From contig CAMUXV010000003.1 in assembly GCA_947164795.1 (NCBI GenBank), forward strand, positions 1 to 59,012: DNA of 59,012 nucleotides, read 5' to 3'. The position numbers and the translations under genes are program-made. Shown here in pieces: positions 57,326-59,012 of this stretch. Source of the DNA: an uncultured Bacillales bacterium. GTDB taxonomy: Bacteria; Bacillota_I; Bacilli_A; RF39; UBA660. Under the pieces are notes generated by a model, which saw only the letters and a list, made by a program, of their open reading frames with translations, did not search any database and was not told the DNA's origin. Positions within the stretch are counted from its first letter, which is position 1. Every line of letters begins with the position of its first letter.

Positions 57326-58002
57326 AATGAGACTCCTAATAGATAGACAATTATAGCTATTGCATTATGCATAGCATGCATAGCGATAGTGCTATATATA
57401 TTATTTGTTTTATAATATGTATAAGAAAAGGCAATACCTAATGAACCATAAGGAATTAGATATAGTAAACTTAAAGGGCTATTTATGTAAGTTATGATAT
57501 GAAGTAATCCAAATAATAAACCACTTACTAAAATAAATGTCCATTTATTTGCAGTACAATCTTTAATACTTTTTCTAAACGCAAGCTCTTCCGTTATTGG
57601 AGAATATATACAGGTATTAAATATCATTAATAATGGACTTATATTGATAAAAGATCTTACTGAAATTTCGTTGCCTGCAATATTCATTTTTAATATATGT
57701 GTTATTATTAAATTACTTATGAACATAATAATAAAACCTGTTATCCAATATTTAAATGAAATAAATAAATTACTAAAGTATTTTTCCTTAAAAAAAGATA
57801 AATCATTGATTAATGCTTTTCTATAAATATAAATAAATATTCCTAATAATATTAAATTAGATGTTGAATAATATATTAAATACTGTTTATCATTAATAGT
57901 TTCTCTATTTATGTTAAATATCAAAAAAAATAATGAACTGAAAGATAATAGTAAAAGGATTATGCCAATACTTTTTAAAATATTTTTTGTTTTAGTATTC
58001 AT
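57322..58002 (-). CDS. CPBP family intramembrane glutamic endopeptidase
   Basis: Polytopic. ITEELAFRKS, FGLLHI, HAMHNAI motifs. 4-nt overlap with the downstream gene. Confidence 0.7.
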   Translation of the reverse strand: MNTKTKNILKSIGIILLLLSFSSLFFLIFNINRETINDKQYLIYYSTSNLILLGIFIYIYRKALINDLSFFKEKYFSNLFISFKYWITGFIIMFISNLIITHILKMNIAGNEISVRSFINISPLLMIFNTCIYSPITEELAFRKSIKDCTANKWTFILVSGLLFGLLHIITYINSPLSLLYLIPYGSLGIAFSYTYYKTNNIYSTIAMHAMHNAIAIIVYLLGVSL

Positions 58003-58097
58003 ATTATCACCAATTATAGTTTATCAAAAATATGTAAAAAAGTCTATAAAAGAGAGAAAAAGTATGATATAATTTTTAAAGAAGAGGTAGGAGTAGT

Positions 58098-58598
58098 ATG
58101 GAAAAAATTAATAAGCAAAGAAAAGGTAATTTAACTTGGGATGAATACTTTATGGGTATTGCTAAGTTATCTTCAATGAGGAGTAAAGATCCGAATACAC
58201 AAGTTGGTGCTTGTATTGTTGGAAGTGATAATCGTATTTTATCAATTGGTTATAATGGGTGTCCTAATGGATTTAATGATGATGAATTTCCTTGGGATAG
58301 GGAAGGAGAACCACTTAATACTAAATATTTATATGTTTGTCATGCAGAAATGAATTCAGTACTTAACTATAGAGGAAATAGAAAAGAATTAGAAAGTGCT
58401 AAAATATATGTTGATTTATTTCCTTGTAATGAGTGCGCTAAGATTATTATTCAAGCTGGTATAAAAGAAGTAGTATACTTATCTGATAAATATGCTAATA
58501 CTGATGGCACTATTGCTTCAAAAAAATTATTTGATACATGTGGAGTAAAGTATAGACAGATTAAATTAAGTGGTAAAGAAATTAAATTAGATTTATAG
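58098..58598 (+). CDS. comEB: dCMP deaminase (ComEB-type)
   Basis: WDEYFMGIA, CHAEMNS, PCNECAKIIIQAGIKEV. Confidence 0.85.
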   Translation: MEKINKQRKGNLTWDEYFMGIAKLSSMRSKDPNTQVGACIVGSDNRILSIGYNGCPNGFNDDEFPWDREGEPLNTKYLYVCHAEMNSVLNYRGNRKELESAKIYVDLFPCNECAKIIIQAGIKEVVYLSDKYANTDGTIASKKLFDTCGVKYRQIKLSGKEIKLDL

Positions 58599-58655
58599 AT
58601 GTTTTTTCGACATCTTTTTCTTTTTCTCTTTTATATAATAAAAGAGAGGTGAGAA

Positions 58656-59012
58656 ATGAAGAATCTTAATATGGCAGTGGATATTGGTAGTACCAGTGTT
58701 AAGGGTATTTTAATGGATGATATTGGTAATATTGTATCTAAATATTATCTAAAAATAAAAGATGATTATGTTACGACTTATGGAAGGGTTATTAATAAAT
58801 TAAGAAGTGATATTAATTTAAATGAATATAGGGTATCTTGTTTTAAACATACTGGTCTTAGAAAAAGGTTACTAGAAAGAAGTTTGGGTAGGGAACATTT
58901 TTGTAATGAAATTAATTCGATATGTAATTATGTTAATACTAAATATAAGATAGGTACTATTATTGATATTGGTAGTAGTTTAAAGATAATTAATTATAAA
59001 AATAATAATATT
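58656..59012 (+). CDS. BadF/BadG/BcrA/BcrD-type ATPase (acyl-CoA dehydratase activase-like), 5' partial at window end
   Basis: ATG after GAGAGGTGAG. MAVDIGSTSVKGILMD phosphate-1 motif and IIDIGSS. The ORF runs off the window. Confidence 0.5.
   Translation, partial: MKNLNMAVDIGSTSVKGILMDDIGNIVSKYYLKIKDDYVTTYGRVINKLRSDINLNEYRVSCFKHTGLRKRLLERSLGREHFCNEINSICNYVNTKYKIGTIIDIGSSLKIINYKNNNI

Noticed and set aside
1376-57826. About 30 antisense or alternate-frame ORFs of 60-170 aa in the supplied track. Examples are 1376..1771-, 4969..5208-, 8104..8295-, 8395..8670-, 11349..11594+, 12296..12511+, 13482..13926-, 14477..14698-, 15787..15975-, 17097..17279-, 18266..18448-, 21164..21355+, 21978..22178-, 22997..23509+, 28539..28775-, 30064..30258-, 35773..36042-, 36207..36410+, 36499..36696-, 37219..37449+, 40058..40261-, 43477..43683-, 44154..44378+, 44776..45003-, 48424..48651+, 49243..49428+, 52971..53228-, 55961..56155- and 57644..57826+.
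   Set aside because: Each lies entirely inside a longer ORF with clear family motifs. They have low-complexity I/L/F/S/T-rich translations typical of AT-rich shadow frames, and they lack convincing RBSs.

Overview
This is a 59-kb chromosomal window from a visibly very AT-rich, endospore-forming Bacillota (Spo0A, SpoIIP, and YqfQ-, YdcC- and YqxA-like genes). It uses the standard genetic code, and GGTGA/GGAGG Shine-Dalgarno sequences precede most starts. I support about 55 protein genes. I recognised no rRNA, tRNA, CRISPR array, transposase or integrase.

Housekeeping backbone: RumA/RlmD-type methyltransferase, radC-mreC-mreD, parC, murF, recU-ponA, cysteine desulfurase, hrcA-grpE-dnaK-dnaJ, rsmE, spoIIP, nfu-like, pgk/tpiA, spo0A, lon and comEB.

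Four accessory cell-surface loci are interleaved with this backbone:
1. 146-3530: three tandem secreted proteins with TasA/SipW-type signal peptides, the last carrying a DUF285/BspA leucine-rich-repeat array.
2. 12739-16374: an orphan pilC-pilD pair, with no ATPase or pilin, coupled to a 515-aa secreted protein that has the same signal type.
3. 26733-32247: a class B sortase followed by a 1576-aa vWA/MucBP-like adhesin ending in a PPQTG sorting signal.
4. 38.3-44.5 kb: a block wedged between dnaJ and rsmE. It encodes two secreted paralogs, two bitopic membrane proteins, a second sortase B with no substrate in cis, and a doubly frameshifted paralog of the 515-aa protein.

Most unusual single observations:
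- GrpE carries an N-terminal metallothionein-like (C-x-C-G-D-x)n repeat with 14 Cys in 42 residues.
- Two tightly coupled small ORFs sit between grpE and dnaK.
- Two AT-shifted CIRCE operators bracket a consensus hrcA promoter.
- An in-frame TAA splits a two-domain MmcQ/YjbR gene.
- A membrane-protein gene overlaps both pgk and a divergent tpiA.

All functional calls rest on motif and family recognition by eye. No database search was run.
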